A stretch of DNA of 51,211 bases from a virus (Duplodnaviria > Caudoviricetes). Shown here piece after piece: positions 1 to 9,201 of this stretch. Each line of letters starts with the position of its first letter. Position 1 is the first letter of the stretch. The notes under the pieces were generated by a model. That model was not told the origin of the DNA, did not search any database, and saw nothing but the letters and a program-made list of their open reading frames with translations. The position numbers and the translations under genes were made by a program. The stretch lies in the IMG/VR virus record IMGVR_UViG_3300020043_004509, positions 1-51,211 of that record; one strand, written 5' to 3'.

Positions 1-85
1 ACGATTCAGTACGCCGCTTTAATACCAATATCGACGAACGAGAAGGTATTGAGGACTGGCAGGCCGGGGTACACGACCCATTCAC
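1..85 (+). repeat. Exact 85-bp copy of portal-internal sequence 2550-2634
   Basis: Base-by-base identity ACGATTCAGT...CCCATTCAC; diverges at position 86. Confidence 0.95.
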
Positions 86-137
86 ATGCACATTCTAGCT
101 CTCACATACTTTGACACCTGTCAAGAAATATAGTGTT

Positions 138-330
138 GTATATGCGTGGGGGGTCTACGACGTATCGCTATACATAGCCATATAATCACACATGCGTGCG
201 CAGCATTGATACATAGAGCGTCGCAATACTAACGTAGTGGACGCCGTAGGCAACGCAATATAGCCCTATGGTGTGGGCTTGAGGTGTCTTTGTATGTGTG
301 TGTAGCTATTTAAAGCGTCACTTACGGCAG
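138..330 (+). repeat. Left copy of imperfect terminal inverted repeat
   Basis: 251-330 = revcomp of 51101-51180 (79/80); 217-225 = revcomp of 51183-51191; 138-154 = revcomp of 51193-51209. Confidence 0.9.
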
Positions 331-353
331 AAACACGATAAGCAATAGCCTAT

Positions 354-1955
354 ATGGAAATAAATGAATACGAGAGGCGAGAACAGCTGTTTAACGCCTA
401 TCTTTCTAGTGATGACGTTGCTGAAAAGCGCAAACTACGTGTACAGCTCATTGATGCTGCCCAGCGAAAGATGGAGGCACGGACTATGCTCTGGCAATTG
501 TGCCAACGTGATGATAATCCTGCTGAAGGGGCAATATTCTTCATCGAAAACTTCGGATGGACGTTCGACCCACGCAAGGAGCCGAAGCATATTCCATTCA
601 TTCTCTTCGATTATCAGAAGCGTGCCATCCGTGAGCTTATAGACCACATAGACAATGGCCGCGACCTTCTCATTGAGAAGTCTCGTGACATGGGTGTGAC
701 CTGGGTTACTGTATGGGTATTTGTATGGTACTGGTTATTTCGTGACGGCGTTAACCTGCTCATGGGTTCATACAAGGAGCGCCTCGTGGATGACCGTACT
801 GATGACTCAATCTTCGGTCGTATCGACTATTGTCTTGAATCTATCCCTAAGTACATGCTTCCTAAGGGATTCTCTACCCGAAAGCACCGTACCAAGCTTA
901 AACTTACGAATCCTGTCAATAACAACCTTATCTCAGGAGATACCATGAACCCTGATTTCGGTCGTGGCTCTCGTAAGACTGCTATATTCTTCGACGAACT
1001 TGGCTCCTGGGACTATGCAAAGGATGCCTGGGAGTCCTGTGGTGACGTTACAAGCTGCCGCATCGCTAACTCCACACCAAAAGGGCGCAACTTCTACTGG
1101 AAGCTACGCAACGATGGTATTGATGTGCTCACGCTGCACTGGTCAGAACACCCACTTAAAGACCGTCAGTGGTATGAATTTGAAAAATCACGACGTTCTG
1201 AGGAGGAAGTAGCGCAGGAACTCGACATTGACTACTCTAAGTCACAGGAGGCACGTGTCTACCCTGAGTGGAATGAGGCAAACGTAGAGTTTGGTGACTT
1301 CTTCTATGACGACAATAAGCCACTATACGTCGGATGGGACTACGGGAATAACGATGGTACTGCCATAATCTGGGCACAACCAGATGGGCATAAGCTGCGC
1401 ATTATAGACACCTACTACAAAACAGGAGAGACTATAGACTTCTTTGTACCTTTTGTTACAGGCATTGTGCCGTCAGACCACTATCGCTACACAAAGAAAG
1501 ACATGGAGGTAATCGAGAGACACCGAGACTGGAAACGAGGCACTCACTTCGGAGACCCGGCAGGGCGGCAGAAGAACTCAGTATCTCACTCTACAGTGTT
1601 TTCAATCCTGTCTGAGCACGGTATCCACACCAATTACAAGGATGAGTGGAAACACTTCCACAACCGTAAGTCTGCCGTTAAGGGCGCACTTCGTGACGGG
1701 TTCAACATTGCAACCAATGAGCAGAATAAGTACTTTGGAATGTGTATTGAACAGGCATCGTATCCACAGGTGACTACAGAAGGGGAGAAAGAGATTCGCT
1801 CTAAGGCACCTAAGCATGACTGGACTTCCCACCATCGTTCTGCGCTGGAGTATCTCTGTCTTGGTATTGCAGACTTTACAGTTAAGCGACACCAAGTTAA
1901 GGATAAGTTCGCACCTAAGGGATTCTTTAAAAGACGAAGAGCATTAAGCTACTAA
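354..1955 (+). CDS. terL: Terminase large subunit
   Basis: LFDYQ adenine-binding motif, Walker A-like IEKSRDMGVT, Walker B IFFDE, STPKG coupling motif, nuclease GWDYG..D. Confidence 0.95.
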   Translation: MEINEYERREQLFNAYLSSDDVAEKRKLRVQLIDAAQRKMEARTMLWQLCQRDDNPAEGAIFFIENFGWTFDPRKEPKHIPFILFDYQKRAIRELIDHIDNGRDLLIEKSRDMGVTWVTVWVFVWYWLFRDGVNLLMGSYKERLVDDRTDDSIFGRIDYCLESIPKYMLPKGFSTRKHRTKLKLTNPVNNNLISGDTMNPDFGRGSRKTAIFFDELGSWDYAKDAWESCGDVTSCRIANSTPKGRNFYWKLRNDGIDVLTLHWSEHPLKDRQWYEFEKSRRSEEEVAQELDIDYSKSQEARVYPEWNEANVEFGDFFYDDNKPLYVGWDYGNNDGTAIIWAQPDGHKLRIIDTYYKTGETIDFFVPFVTGIVPSDHYRYTKKDMEVIERHRDWKRGTHFGDPAGRQKNSVSHSTVFSILSEHGIHTNYKDEWKHFHNRKSAVKGALRDGFNIATNEQNKYFGMCIEQASYPQVTTEGEKEIRSKAPKHDWTSHHRSALEYLCLGIADFTVKRHQVKDKFAPKGFFKRRRALSY

Positions 1956-1968
1956 CTCTAAATCACTA

Positions 1969-2334
1969 ATGAAAGGAAATATCTGGTTCCGTCGCATACT
2001 ACGCGACATTAAGCGCATGTCCCCGCATTTCCGCGTGGTTCATGCAAAGTACGGATTCTACCGTATTTATTGGAAGAACGCCTACATCCATGAGGTATAT
2101 GACTCAATGCCCTACCTTGGCTACGATATAGAGGAGGAGGATGTTAACCTCGACAAACAGTCATACTACGAGGAATATGAAGACTCCAACGAGATAACGC
2201 GAAAGATTAAGAACTATGTTGAGGGATACTGGGACACATATGACGTAATCCGCACCAGATTGTGGATGCTACAGAACGATTCAGAGTTCCGCGACAACGC
2301 GCAGAAAGCTTACCAGCAATTTGTCATTAAGTAA
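1969..2334 (+). CDS. Hypothetical protein between terL and portal
   Basis: 121-aa ORF in operon position. Confidence 0.75.
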   Translation: MKGNIWFRRILRDIKRMSPHFRVVHAKYGFYRIYWKNAYIHEVYDSMPYLGYDIEEEDVNLDKQSYYEEYEDSNEITRKIKNYVEGYWDTYDVIRTRLWMLQNDSEFRDNAQKAYQQFVIK

Positions 2335-2363
2335 TTGCCCGCCCTTGACAAGTGTGTTATAAT
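2335..2363 (+). promoter_or_regulatory. Sigma70-type promoter for portal (extended -10)
   Basis: TTGCCC-17-TATAAT with TGTG upstream of -10; ATG 8 nt downstream. Confidence 0.7.
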
Positions 2364-2371
2364 ATAGTGAT

Positions 2372-4366
2372 ATGAATGAACCCAAGGTTGCGCTGATGGA
2401 GCTTTTTTATGGTGACGGGACTCAGTTCGTGCCATCAGACGTAGAGCAGCGTGTAGTAAATGATGTAGTTTTTTTATTCAGACAGACGCAAACTAACCGC
2501 GACCGCAACTTCCAGTACTTTGATGGGCTTAATCTTATTGAGTACATCGACGATTCAGTACGCCGCTTTAATACCAATATCGACGAACGAGAAGGTATTG
2601 AGGACTGGCAGGCCGGGGTACACGACCCATTCACTCGTAACAAGGCTCTAGGTATGCTTGGGCGTGTGCTTGAGCTGCTTCCTATCGCAAGCTTCCTTGG
2701 TCGTGGTGATGAAGACCATCAGAAGGGTATTATCCTTACTGACATCTATCTCTTCACTGAGGAACTAGATGATTATGAGGAGCTAATGACACATATCCTG
2801 CTTGAGGCTATTGTTAAGGGCACAGCCATTGGATATGAGGATATTGAGTACGAGGAACGAACAATACGTGACGTAGAGGGTATAGGCGATGAAATGACAG
2901 TAACTGAGAAGAATCTCAAGACTACTAAGTTCATTGGTCAAATAGTACCACTAGAGGAGTTCTACCCTTCTTCTGTATCTATCCGCAAGATTAAGGATAT
3001 GCCATTCGCTTTCTGGCGCAAGGTGATTCCATACTCTAGCTTCATTAAGTCATTCGGTCACTACCGTAAGTCTCAGGTTGTACAGGAGAAACGTTCGTTC
3101 GGAGAAACTGAGCAGCGACCGTACTACAATGATTTCATTGACGCTAACATCCCAGATGGTTCTGTAGAGCTTATTCGCTACTACGACCGTCTTCGTGATG
3201 AATATATAATCCTTGCTAACGGCGTATGGCTCAATCCACTTAAGGGCGAGGTTATTATGCCTCTTCCATGGAATCATAAAGAGCTTCCTTTCTGGGAGGT
3301 TAAGTATGACATCTTTGGTGATTTCTTCTACGGCAAGTCACTTCCAGATAGACTCAAGGCCATGCAGGATGTGCTCAATGTGCTCACTAACATGCTCCTT
3401 GACCAGTCCTTTCTATCCATCTTCCCGCCACTTCTTACTGCCGGTACAGACCCTATCGAGGACGACTACATGCGACCAGGGCGACGTACTCCTGTTGACA
3501 CACAAGGAATGTCACTCGACAGCCAGTTCAAGATTCTTGAAATGCCTACACCATCAGGGTGGCACCAATTTATCCTTGAGTACACACGCAAGGTCATGGA
3601 GGAATCTTCTATGGATGCCGTGTCTCAGGGTATCTCAGGACAAGGAGACCGCACTACAGCCTACGAGATTCGCACGGCTGCGTCAGGTGTTGCTGCTATG
3701 CTACAGCTGTTTGCTCGATTTATCAATATGGGTGTTAAGCGAAAGGCGTTTCTAAGGGCACCAAACATCTTGCAGTACGGGAATAACCCAGATGCACCAA
3801 TTGTACGTGGAATCCTCACAGACGACGCTGCGGAGCAAATGGAGGCATTCCAGAGCTTTACAATACGCAACACGGCTCTTACTGGAGGTCGTCGAGGAAC
3901 TCGCATTATCGAGATGTACCAAGACAAGGCATCAATTCCACCACGAGATACACTTCGCGCACGGGCAGAGCTTGCAAAGGTTGACTCTGGTACTGAAACT
4001 GAGATTACCGCAGTAACTCCAGAGTACCTACGAAACTACCTATTTGACGTTAAACTCGTTACTAATCCTAAGAGTGAAGCTTCAGCAGAGATTGAACAAG
4101 CTATCCAGCTCAAGAAGGTAGAAATTTACATGAACTACTTCCCTGATATGGTAAATCGACAGGAACTCGCCTCAGAAACTGCTGAGAAGCTCGGCGATGA
4201 CCCAACAAAGGTATTTTCTGAACAGGCCATGATGCCACCTCAGGCGCAAGAACAGCAAGGGGTAGGACTAGCAGACCAGAACACCGACAACATGGTACGC
4301 TCTGCCGCTGGTGGAGGAGACCAGATGGCTCAGATGCAGCAGTTACAATCAATAATGACACAGTAA
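2372..4366 (+). CDS. Portal protein (P22/podovirus-like)
   Basis: 664 aa after terL; 'FFYGKSLPDRLKAMQDVLN' and 'TAYEI' portal-like motifs; Q-rich C-terminus. Confidence 0.9.
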   Translation: MNEPKVALMELFYGDGTQFVPSDVEQRVVNDVVFLFRQTQTNRDRNFQYFDGLNLIEYIDDSVRRFNTNIDEREGIEDWQAGVHDPFTRNKALGMLGRVLELLPIASFLGRGDEDHQKGIILTDIYLFTEELDDYEELMTHILLEAIVKGTAIGYEDIEYEERTIRDVEGIGDEMTVTEKNLKTTKFIGQIVPLEEFYPSSVSIRKIKDMPFAFWRKVIPYSSFIKSFGHYRKSQVVQEKRSFGETEQRPYYNDFIDANIPDGSVELIRYYDRLRDEYIILANGVWLNPLKGEVIMPLPWNHKELPFWEVKYDIFGDFFYGKSLPDRLKAMQDVLNVLTNMLLDQSFLSIFPPLLTAGTDPIEDDYMRPGRRTPVDTQGMSLDSQFKILEMPTPSGWHQFILEYTRKVMEESSMDAVSQGISGQGDRTTAYEIRTAASGVAAMLQLFARFINMGVKRKAFLRAPNILQYGNNPDAPIVRGILTDDAAEQMEAFQSFTIRNTALTGGRRGTRIIEMYQDKASIPPRDTLRARAELAKVDSGTETEITAVTPEYLRNYLFDVKLVTNPKSEASAEIEQAIQLKKVEIYMNYFPDMVNRQELASETAEKLGDDPTKVFSEQAMMPPQAQEQQGVGLADQNTDNMVRSAAGGGDQMAQMQQLQSIMTQ

Positions 4367-4367
4367 T

Positions 4368-4715
4368 ATGGATTATATTCTTCGCAAGCTCGGTTACATC
4401 AAACGAACAGACATTACGGAAGATATAGTCGCTGAGTTTTATGGCAGTCTAATTGGCAATCCTGCTGAATATGACATGGGTTCTCAAGAATCTGAGTTAT
4501 TCTTTCAGCAGCTTGCTGGCCTAGAGGGTATTGATGAGTACCTTAAGGATATGGCCGCTAAGGATATGGTTCGCTACTTTGGAGCCTCTAATGATAAGGA
4601 ACGAGATATGGTACGAGGGGCGTTCGCTCGCACGGTCTATATCGAAAATAAGGTGCGTGCTATACGAAAACCTTCCAAGGATGTAAAACCTATGGATTTG
4701 CGCTACACAAAATAG
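4368..4715 (+). CDS. Small protein downstream of portal
   Basis: 115 aa, TAATATG coupling to portal stop. Confidence 0.75.
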   Translation: MDYILRKLGYIKRTDITEDIVAEFYGSLIGNPAEYDMGSQESELFFQQLAGLEGIDEYLKDMAAKDMVRYFGASNDKERDMVRGAFARTVYIENKVRAIRKPSKDVKPMDLRYTK

Positions 4716-4726
4716 TGTGGTATAAT
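4698..4726 (+). promoter_or_regulatory. Sigma70 promoter upstream of tRNA/scaffold
   Basis: TTGCGC-17-TATAAT with TGTGG extended -10. Confidence 0.75.
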
Positions 4727-4753
4727 ATTTTACACAGAACTTGAATGTTCTGT

Positions 4754-4824
4754 TTAGGGATGGAGAAGAGGTATCTCGTTAGGCTCATAACCTAGAGGCA
4801 CCAGTTCGATTCTGGTTCCCTGAA
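4754..4824 (+). tRNA. tRNA with CAT anticodon, initiator(fMet)-like; CCA not encoded
   Basis: Cloverleaf: TTAGGGA/TCCCTGA, D arm GAGA/TCTC, anticodon arm TTAGG-CTCATAA-CCTAG, T arm ACCAG-TTCGATT-CTGGT. Confidence 0.85.
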
Positions 4825-4863
4825 CAGACTATTCAATAGTCAAAATAACTTCAAACGACCCGG

Positions 4864-4894
4864 GCTGGACTCGACCAGCGGTGGACTCAACCAC
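4864..4894 (+). promoter_or_regulatory. Twin hairpins with near-identical loops upstream of scaffold gene
   Basis: GCTGG-ACTCGA-CCAGC and GTGG-ACTCAA-CCAC. Confidence 0.55.
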
Positions 4895-4940
4895 TTGAAA
4901 AAGGGATTAGATATAAAAAGGGGGGTTTGTAGAGAATGTT

Positions 4941-5576
4941 ATGGAACAAGATAATGAACAGATGACAGACCGAGAGAAAGAACTCATTGAGAAGCTTGCC
5001 AAGGCTGAACAAGACAAGGCAAACCTAGTAAGTGAGATTACAGAGACTCGAAAATCGCGCCAAGAAGAGGCGGCAGAGAAAGAGGCTCTTAAGAAGGAAC
5101 TTGAAAAAAGCACAGCAGGCGACCAAGGAAAAGATACAGAAGAAGTCGTCCGTAGTATATTGTCTCGTGAGAAACAAGAGGTAGTCAAGAAGAATCTTGA
5201 AACTGCCAAAGAGGAGTTCAAAAAGAACTTCAAAGAGTTTTCTCCAGACACCGACGCAGGGGGTATTCTATTCTCAAAGTTCGAGCGAGAATTAGCTAAG
5301 TTCAATCTTAGCGGGCTTGAAACTAAGGAGGAATTTGCCGCACGTATGAATGATGCTTACCGCCTCATCTCTAACGGAAAGCAGCCTACCAAAGTCAATT
5401 TTTATACTGGACATGACGAGGCAACTGGCACTGACCCCAAGGAAGTAAATGCTGATAATCTCTCTTCAGCTGAACTGAATTTAATGAAGGACATCGGGTG
5501 GACAAAAGAACGCTACCTGAAACAGAAAGCAAAGAATCCAGTTTACGTTGAAAATTTGCTTAAATATCGTCGATAG
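4941..5576 (+). CDS. Capsid scaffolding protein (putative)
   Basis: Charged coiled coil; position between portal and capsid genes. Confidence 0.75.
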   Translation: MEQDNEQMTDREKELIEKLAKAEQDKANLVSEITETRKSRQEEAAEKEALKKELEKSTAGDQGKDTEEVVRSILSREKQEVVKKNLETAKEEFKKNFKEFSPDTDAGGILFSKFERELAKFNLSGLETKEEFAARMNDAYRLISNGKQPTKVNFYTGHDEATGTDPKEVNADNLSSAELNLMKDIGWTKERYLKQKAKNPVYVENLLKYRR

Positions 5577-5594
5577 ACAATATCGTCGATAGAC
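5563..5594 (+). repeat. Perfect 16-bp tandem duplication AATATCGTCGATAGAC x2
   Basis: Seen directly; each unit contains palindrome TATCG-T-CGATA. Confidence 0.9.
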
Positions 5595-5630
5595 GACAAG
5601 TTCCTATTAGTAAATAACTAACAGGACATT

Positions 5631-6149
5631 ATGGCATTTTACAAAGTCGGAACCCTGAACCCACACGGAGCACCAGTTCTCAAGAAGTCTATTCTTGCCA
5701 ACAGTGTAGCCTCAGTGGTTATGGATTCCCTCAAAGTCGCTTCAGGCTTCGCAGCTTTGGGCACAACCGGAGCACTCGTATTTGGACACCTTGTGACTCA
5801 CAAGACCAAGAGTGACCTCGGCTTGCTCACAACCGGAGTAACTGGCGCAGCTGTAGGTAGTTATGTTAACGCATATACCGCAGCTTCAGACAACCAGACC
5901 GTTGGTATGGTCTCAGCAGAGTGTGACATTTCAAAATTCTCACTTTACTCAGCAGAAGCTGATGCAGCTCTCGCAACTACCGCAAACTCAAATCTTGCCC
6001 ATTTCAATTTTGACATTGTAGATGAGGATACTATTGACGAAAGTTCAGTAGTAGCAACGACTGCACAGTACCATTCATTTGGTGTAGACCCAGACAACAC
6101 AGCTCGCCTGATTGTCAACATTTATGAGAGCCAAGTATTTGGTGTTTAA
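5631..6149 (+). CDS. Capsid decoration/stabilisation protein (putative)
   Basis: 172 aa, A/T/V-rich, between scaffold and MCP. Confidence 0.6.
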   Translation: MAFYKVGTLNPHGAPVLKKSILANSVASVVMDSLKVASGFAALGTTGALVFGHLVTHKTKSDLGLLTTGVTGAAVGSYVNAYTAASDNQTVGMVSAECDISKFSLYSAEADAALATTANSNLAHFNFDIVDEDTIDESSVVATTAQYHSFGVDPDNTARLIVNIYESQVFGV

Positions 6150-6163
6150 TCTAATCGACTAAT

Positions 6164-7129
6164 ATGGAATCACGAGGAACGTGGACAGACCTCATCGCAG
6201 GTGTAGGTCTTCAAATTTCTGAGGTGTTTGACCAAGGTCAGGAGGAATACACACCTGGCATCTCAGCACTTCTTATCCGCACCACTGGTGACGGCGCAGA
6301 GAAGCACTTTAGTGGCAAGACTGGCGTAGGTCGCCTCTCACTCTTCGGAGAAGGAGATGACATCAGCCTCGGTCGTCGCTACAAGACCTACAAGACCTCA
6401 GTATCTTACAACTTCTACGGTAGTGGATTGCAAGTTACTAAGGCAAACATTGAAGACCGAGATTTCGCGGCACAGCTCGACGAAATGAAAGACCTCTCTG
6501 TTGCAGCTAACTACTCACAGGATGAGGCAGGTATGCAGCTCTTTAACGGCGGATTCGCTACTACTACTTTGGTACGTGGCTACAACCTTTCGTTCTACGG
6601 CGACGCAGTACCTACTTTCTCTACAGTACACCCTACGGTAGTACCCGGAGCAAGTACACAGTCAAACGCAAGTTCAACAAGTATCCAGTTCAATCACGAC
6701 AACTTGGAGACTGCTAAGATTGCACTCACCCTCCAGAAGACCGATGATGGTATCCCTATGGCACTCATGGGTAAGCCAACTATGGTAGCTCCTATTGCTC
6801 TCGAACGAGAAGCACGCGAAGTTACAGAGTCAGAGCTTATGTCTGAGAACGCTAACAACGCTATTAACGTACACCGCGGTACGACTGATGTAGTTACATC
6901 AATCTTCCTCGATGCAACAAATGGTGGTTCGGATTCAGCTTGGTTCCTTCTTGTACCAGGACGCAGTAAGATGTACCACGAAGTACGTCAGGCACCAGAA
7001 CTTGAAATGGATGTAGATATCCTTTCAAAGAACGCTACCTTCACGGTTGACGCTCGCTGGGCTAACTACGTTAAGGACTGGCGACGCACTTGGGGCAGTA
7101 AGGGAGACCTTTCAGCCTACTCAAGCTAA
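6164..7129 (+). CDS. Major capsid protein (HK97 fold, Mu gpT-like)
   Basis: 321 aa, position; motifs 'FGEGDDI', 'SDSAWFL', 'DWRRTWGSKG' typical of this MCP family. Confidence 0.85.
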   Translation: MESRGTWTDLIAGVGLQISEVFDQGQEEYTPGISALLIRTTGDGAEKHFSGKTGVGRLSLFGEGDDISLGRRYKTYKTSVSYNFYGSGLQVTKANIEDRDFAAQLDEMKDLSVAANYSQDEAGMQLFNGGFATTTLVRGYNLSFYGDAVPTFSTVHPTVVPGASTQSNASSTSIQFNHDNLETAKIALTLQKTDDGIPMALMGKPTMVAPIALEREAREVTESELMSENANNAINVHRGTTDVVTSIFLDATNGGSDSAWFLLVPGRSKMYHEVRQAPELEMDVDILSKNATFTVDARWANYVKDWRRTWGSKGDLSAYSS

Positions 7130-7136
7130 TCGTAAC

Positions 7137-7173
7137 CTTATCTCCCTTCTCATTAGTGGGCGGGGAGAATAAG
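7137..7173 (+). terminator. Stem-loop after MCP (possible terminator/stabiliser)
   Basis: CTTAT-CTCCC...GGGAG-AATAAG imperfect hairpin. Confidence 0.4.
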
Positions 7174-7218
7174 ATTGAGATTTCAGTCTGTTTTAATTAA
7201 GAATTTTGATAAAGAATT

Positions 7219-7629
7219 ATGGCAAAGAAATTAACAGTATTTACAGACGTACAGACTAATGGTGTAGTTGTATCTAAGACTTCAGCTGCTACTGAAGTTA
7301 CAGCAGGTGCAGTTACTTACACAGTAGCGCAGATTCTCGGTGGTCTTATCCTTCGTGACCCAGCAGGCGCAGGTCGTGCTGACCTCGTACCAACGGCCGC
7401 AGCCCTCTACGCAGAACTTGGCTCACCAGTTAAGTACGAAGGTCTCTCATTTGACTTTACTATCCGCAATACTGCTGACGCAGCTGAGACAATTACTCTC
7501 ACTACAAACACAGGTATGACAATGAGTGGTACAATGACAATCGCCCAGAACAACTCAAAGACGTTCAAGGTTGTATTTGCAACTCCTTCAACTGCAACAG
7601 TTTACTCTCTTGGTACAGTAGTACACTAG
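7219..7629 (+). CDS. Minor head/decoration protein (putative)
   Basis: 136 aa, Thr-rich, beta-strand-like, after MCP. Confidence 0.6.
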   Translation: MAKKLTVFTDVQTNGVVVSKTSAATEVTAGAVTYTVAQILGGLILRDPAGAGRADLVPTAAALYAELGSPVKYEGLSFDFTIRNTADAAETITLTTNTGMTMSGTMTIAQNNSKTFKVVFATPSTATVYSLGTVVH

Positions 7630-7630
7630 T

Positions 7631-7783
7631 ATGAATATTAACATTGCTCCAATCAGTAAGTTTGCCCGTAAGGTAAAGAATAAGATAAGTAGCGCTGTTG
7701 AAACTCGTAAACAAGTACAGAAAAACTGGCGTAATCGTTCTGACAATAGTAACTACTACGGTTCAGCTAAAGACTTTAAATAA
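7631..7783 (+). CDS. Small basic protein (50 aa), not in ORF track
   Basis: MNINIAPISKFARKVKNK...DFK*; coupled TAG-T-ATG upstream and TAA-T-ATG downstream. Confidence 0.65.
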   Translation: MNINIAPISKFARKVKNKISSAVETRKQVQKNWRNRSDNSNYYGSAKDFK

Positions 7784-7784
7784 T

Positions 7785-8000
7785 ATGATACTACGAAATC
7801 CAACAGATAAATTCCTTGCAGTGCGTATCTTTGGTACTGAATACACAATCGAACCAGGCGGTAAGAGTGTAGACATGCCAGAAGCTTCTGCTCGGTATTG
7901 GTCTGAAGTGCTCCATAAGTTTCTCACAATAGAACGAGAGGTTAAGGAAGTCGAGAAAGTGAAAGAAGTAAAAGTAGCAAAGGAAGTAACTCCTAAATAA
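7785..8000 (+). CDS. Hypothetical virion-module protein (start re-called at 7785)
   Basis: ATG in TAATATG junction; C-terminal EVKE repeats. Confidence 0.65.
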   Translation: MILRNPTDKFLAVRIFGTEYTIEPGGKSVDMPEASARYWSEVLHKFLTIEREVKEVEKVKEVKVAKEVTPK

Positions 8001-8002
8001 AC

Positions 8003-8455
8003 ATGTCTCTTCGTTATAAATCACATGACCCTCTTGTACTAATCGGTACTAAGACTGCTGCTGGAGTAACCTCTGGAATTGCACTAACTTCTGCATACCA
8101 GACCGAAGGTGCCAACAAGCCAACAAAGTCATTCACAACAGGTGGATACTCTCGTGCTGTATTCAATGTACTCTATACAATGGGGGCTACTGAGACAGCT
8201 AACTCTGTCGAACTTAAGATTGAAGAGTCTACTGACAGTATAAACTGGTTCCCAGTAGCAAACGATTCTACGTCAGGCGCGACATCGACACTTACAGCTC
8301 GTGAATTTAAGTTTGTGGGAGCTGATGCTGCCGCTGCTTCAATCTCTATCTTCCTTGACATCGCATACAAGTACCTACGAGTATCTGCAAAGGAAACTGG
8401 TGTTGTAACAAACGCTGGTAACGTCTACACAGAAGTGCTACTAAGCGGTCTCTAA
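8003..8455 (+). CDS. Putative structural protein
   Basis: 150 aa beta-rich; operon position. Confidence 0.6.
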   Translation: MSLRYKSHDPLVLIGTKTAAGVTSGIALTSAYQTEGANKPTKSFTTGGYSRAVFNVLYTMGATETANSVELKIEESTDSINWFPVANDSTSGATSTLTAREFKFVGADAAAASISIFLDIAYKYLRVSAKETGVVTNAGNVYTEVLLSGL

Positions 8456-8456
8456 T

Positions 8457-9200
8457 ATGAGTAAGGTTCAGAAACTTAGAAAAGAAAATGTTAAGTTTCA
8501 GAATCTTGCAGAGCACGTTACTCTTGCGGAGCTTGACTTCAAATCAAAGACTGTTGCTGAACGTAACAGGGTTCTCGCAAAAGAAAGAGAGCTAATTGAA
8601 AAGGAATCAGAGCTTGCCAAGAAACAGGCACTGCTCGATGAAGAAACACAGCGCACTGAACAGCGTTGTGTTTCTCTGTATCTTAAGGAGAAGGAACTTG
8701 AAGACCGTACCAAAGCACTGAATCTTGAGAAATTAGATTTTGCCAGGTATGTTATAGAGGAAAAGAAGGAAATCGTGAGACTTACTGATGAGGCAAACGA
8801 GGAACTTACTGCCTTAGGTGAGATGTTATCTCTTGCTGAGAGAGACCTTACTGCCAACATAGATAGGGCACATTCAAGTTACGAAGCTCTTGATGCTGTA
8901 ATATCTACAAATATAGAGGAACAGGAAGAGTTTAAGTCAATGACTGAACTTGAGGCTGAAAGGTATCGCGCCCTATGTGAGATGTCTACCCAGGAAGAGA
9001 ATAAGTATCTTGAGCTAGTTAAGCGAGTTACAGACGAAGAGAAGAAGTTCAATAACGTATATGGCTCGTCTGAAAAACTGATAACAAACCTGGAACTTCA
9101 ACGTAAGGAAGCCGATAAAAGAGACAGAGACCTTAGAATACATGCAGCTAGATTACGGGCATTGTATAAGAAACACTTTAACAAGGATATAAGAATATAA
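8457..9200 (+). CDS. Long coiled-coil protein
   Basis: E/K/L heptad pattern across 247 aa. Confidence 0.7.
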   Translation: MSKVQKLRKENVKFQNLAEHVTLAELDFKSKTVAERNRVLAKERELIEKESELAKKQALLDEETQRTEQRCVSLYLKEKELEDRTKALNLEKLDFARYVIEEKKEIVRLTDEANEELTALGEMLSLAERDLTANIDRAHSSYEALDAVISTNIEEQEEFKSMTELEAERYRALCEMSTQEENKYLELVKRVTDEEKKFNNVYGSSEKLITNLELQRKEADKRDRDLRIHAARLRALYKKHFNKDIRI

Positions 9201-9201
9201 A

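Noticed and set aside
2345-2363. Perfect TTGACA...TATAAT promoter
   Set aside because: Spacer is only 7 bp; the -35 at correct spacing is TTGCCC (2335-2340).
4754-4824. tRNA as attP integration site
   Set aside because: No integrase or repressor recognised and no duplicated tRNA 3' end.
4915-4926. AAAAAGGGGGG slippery sequence
   Set aside because: Lies upstream of the scaffold start, outside any credible plus-strand ORF.
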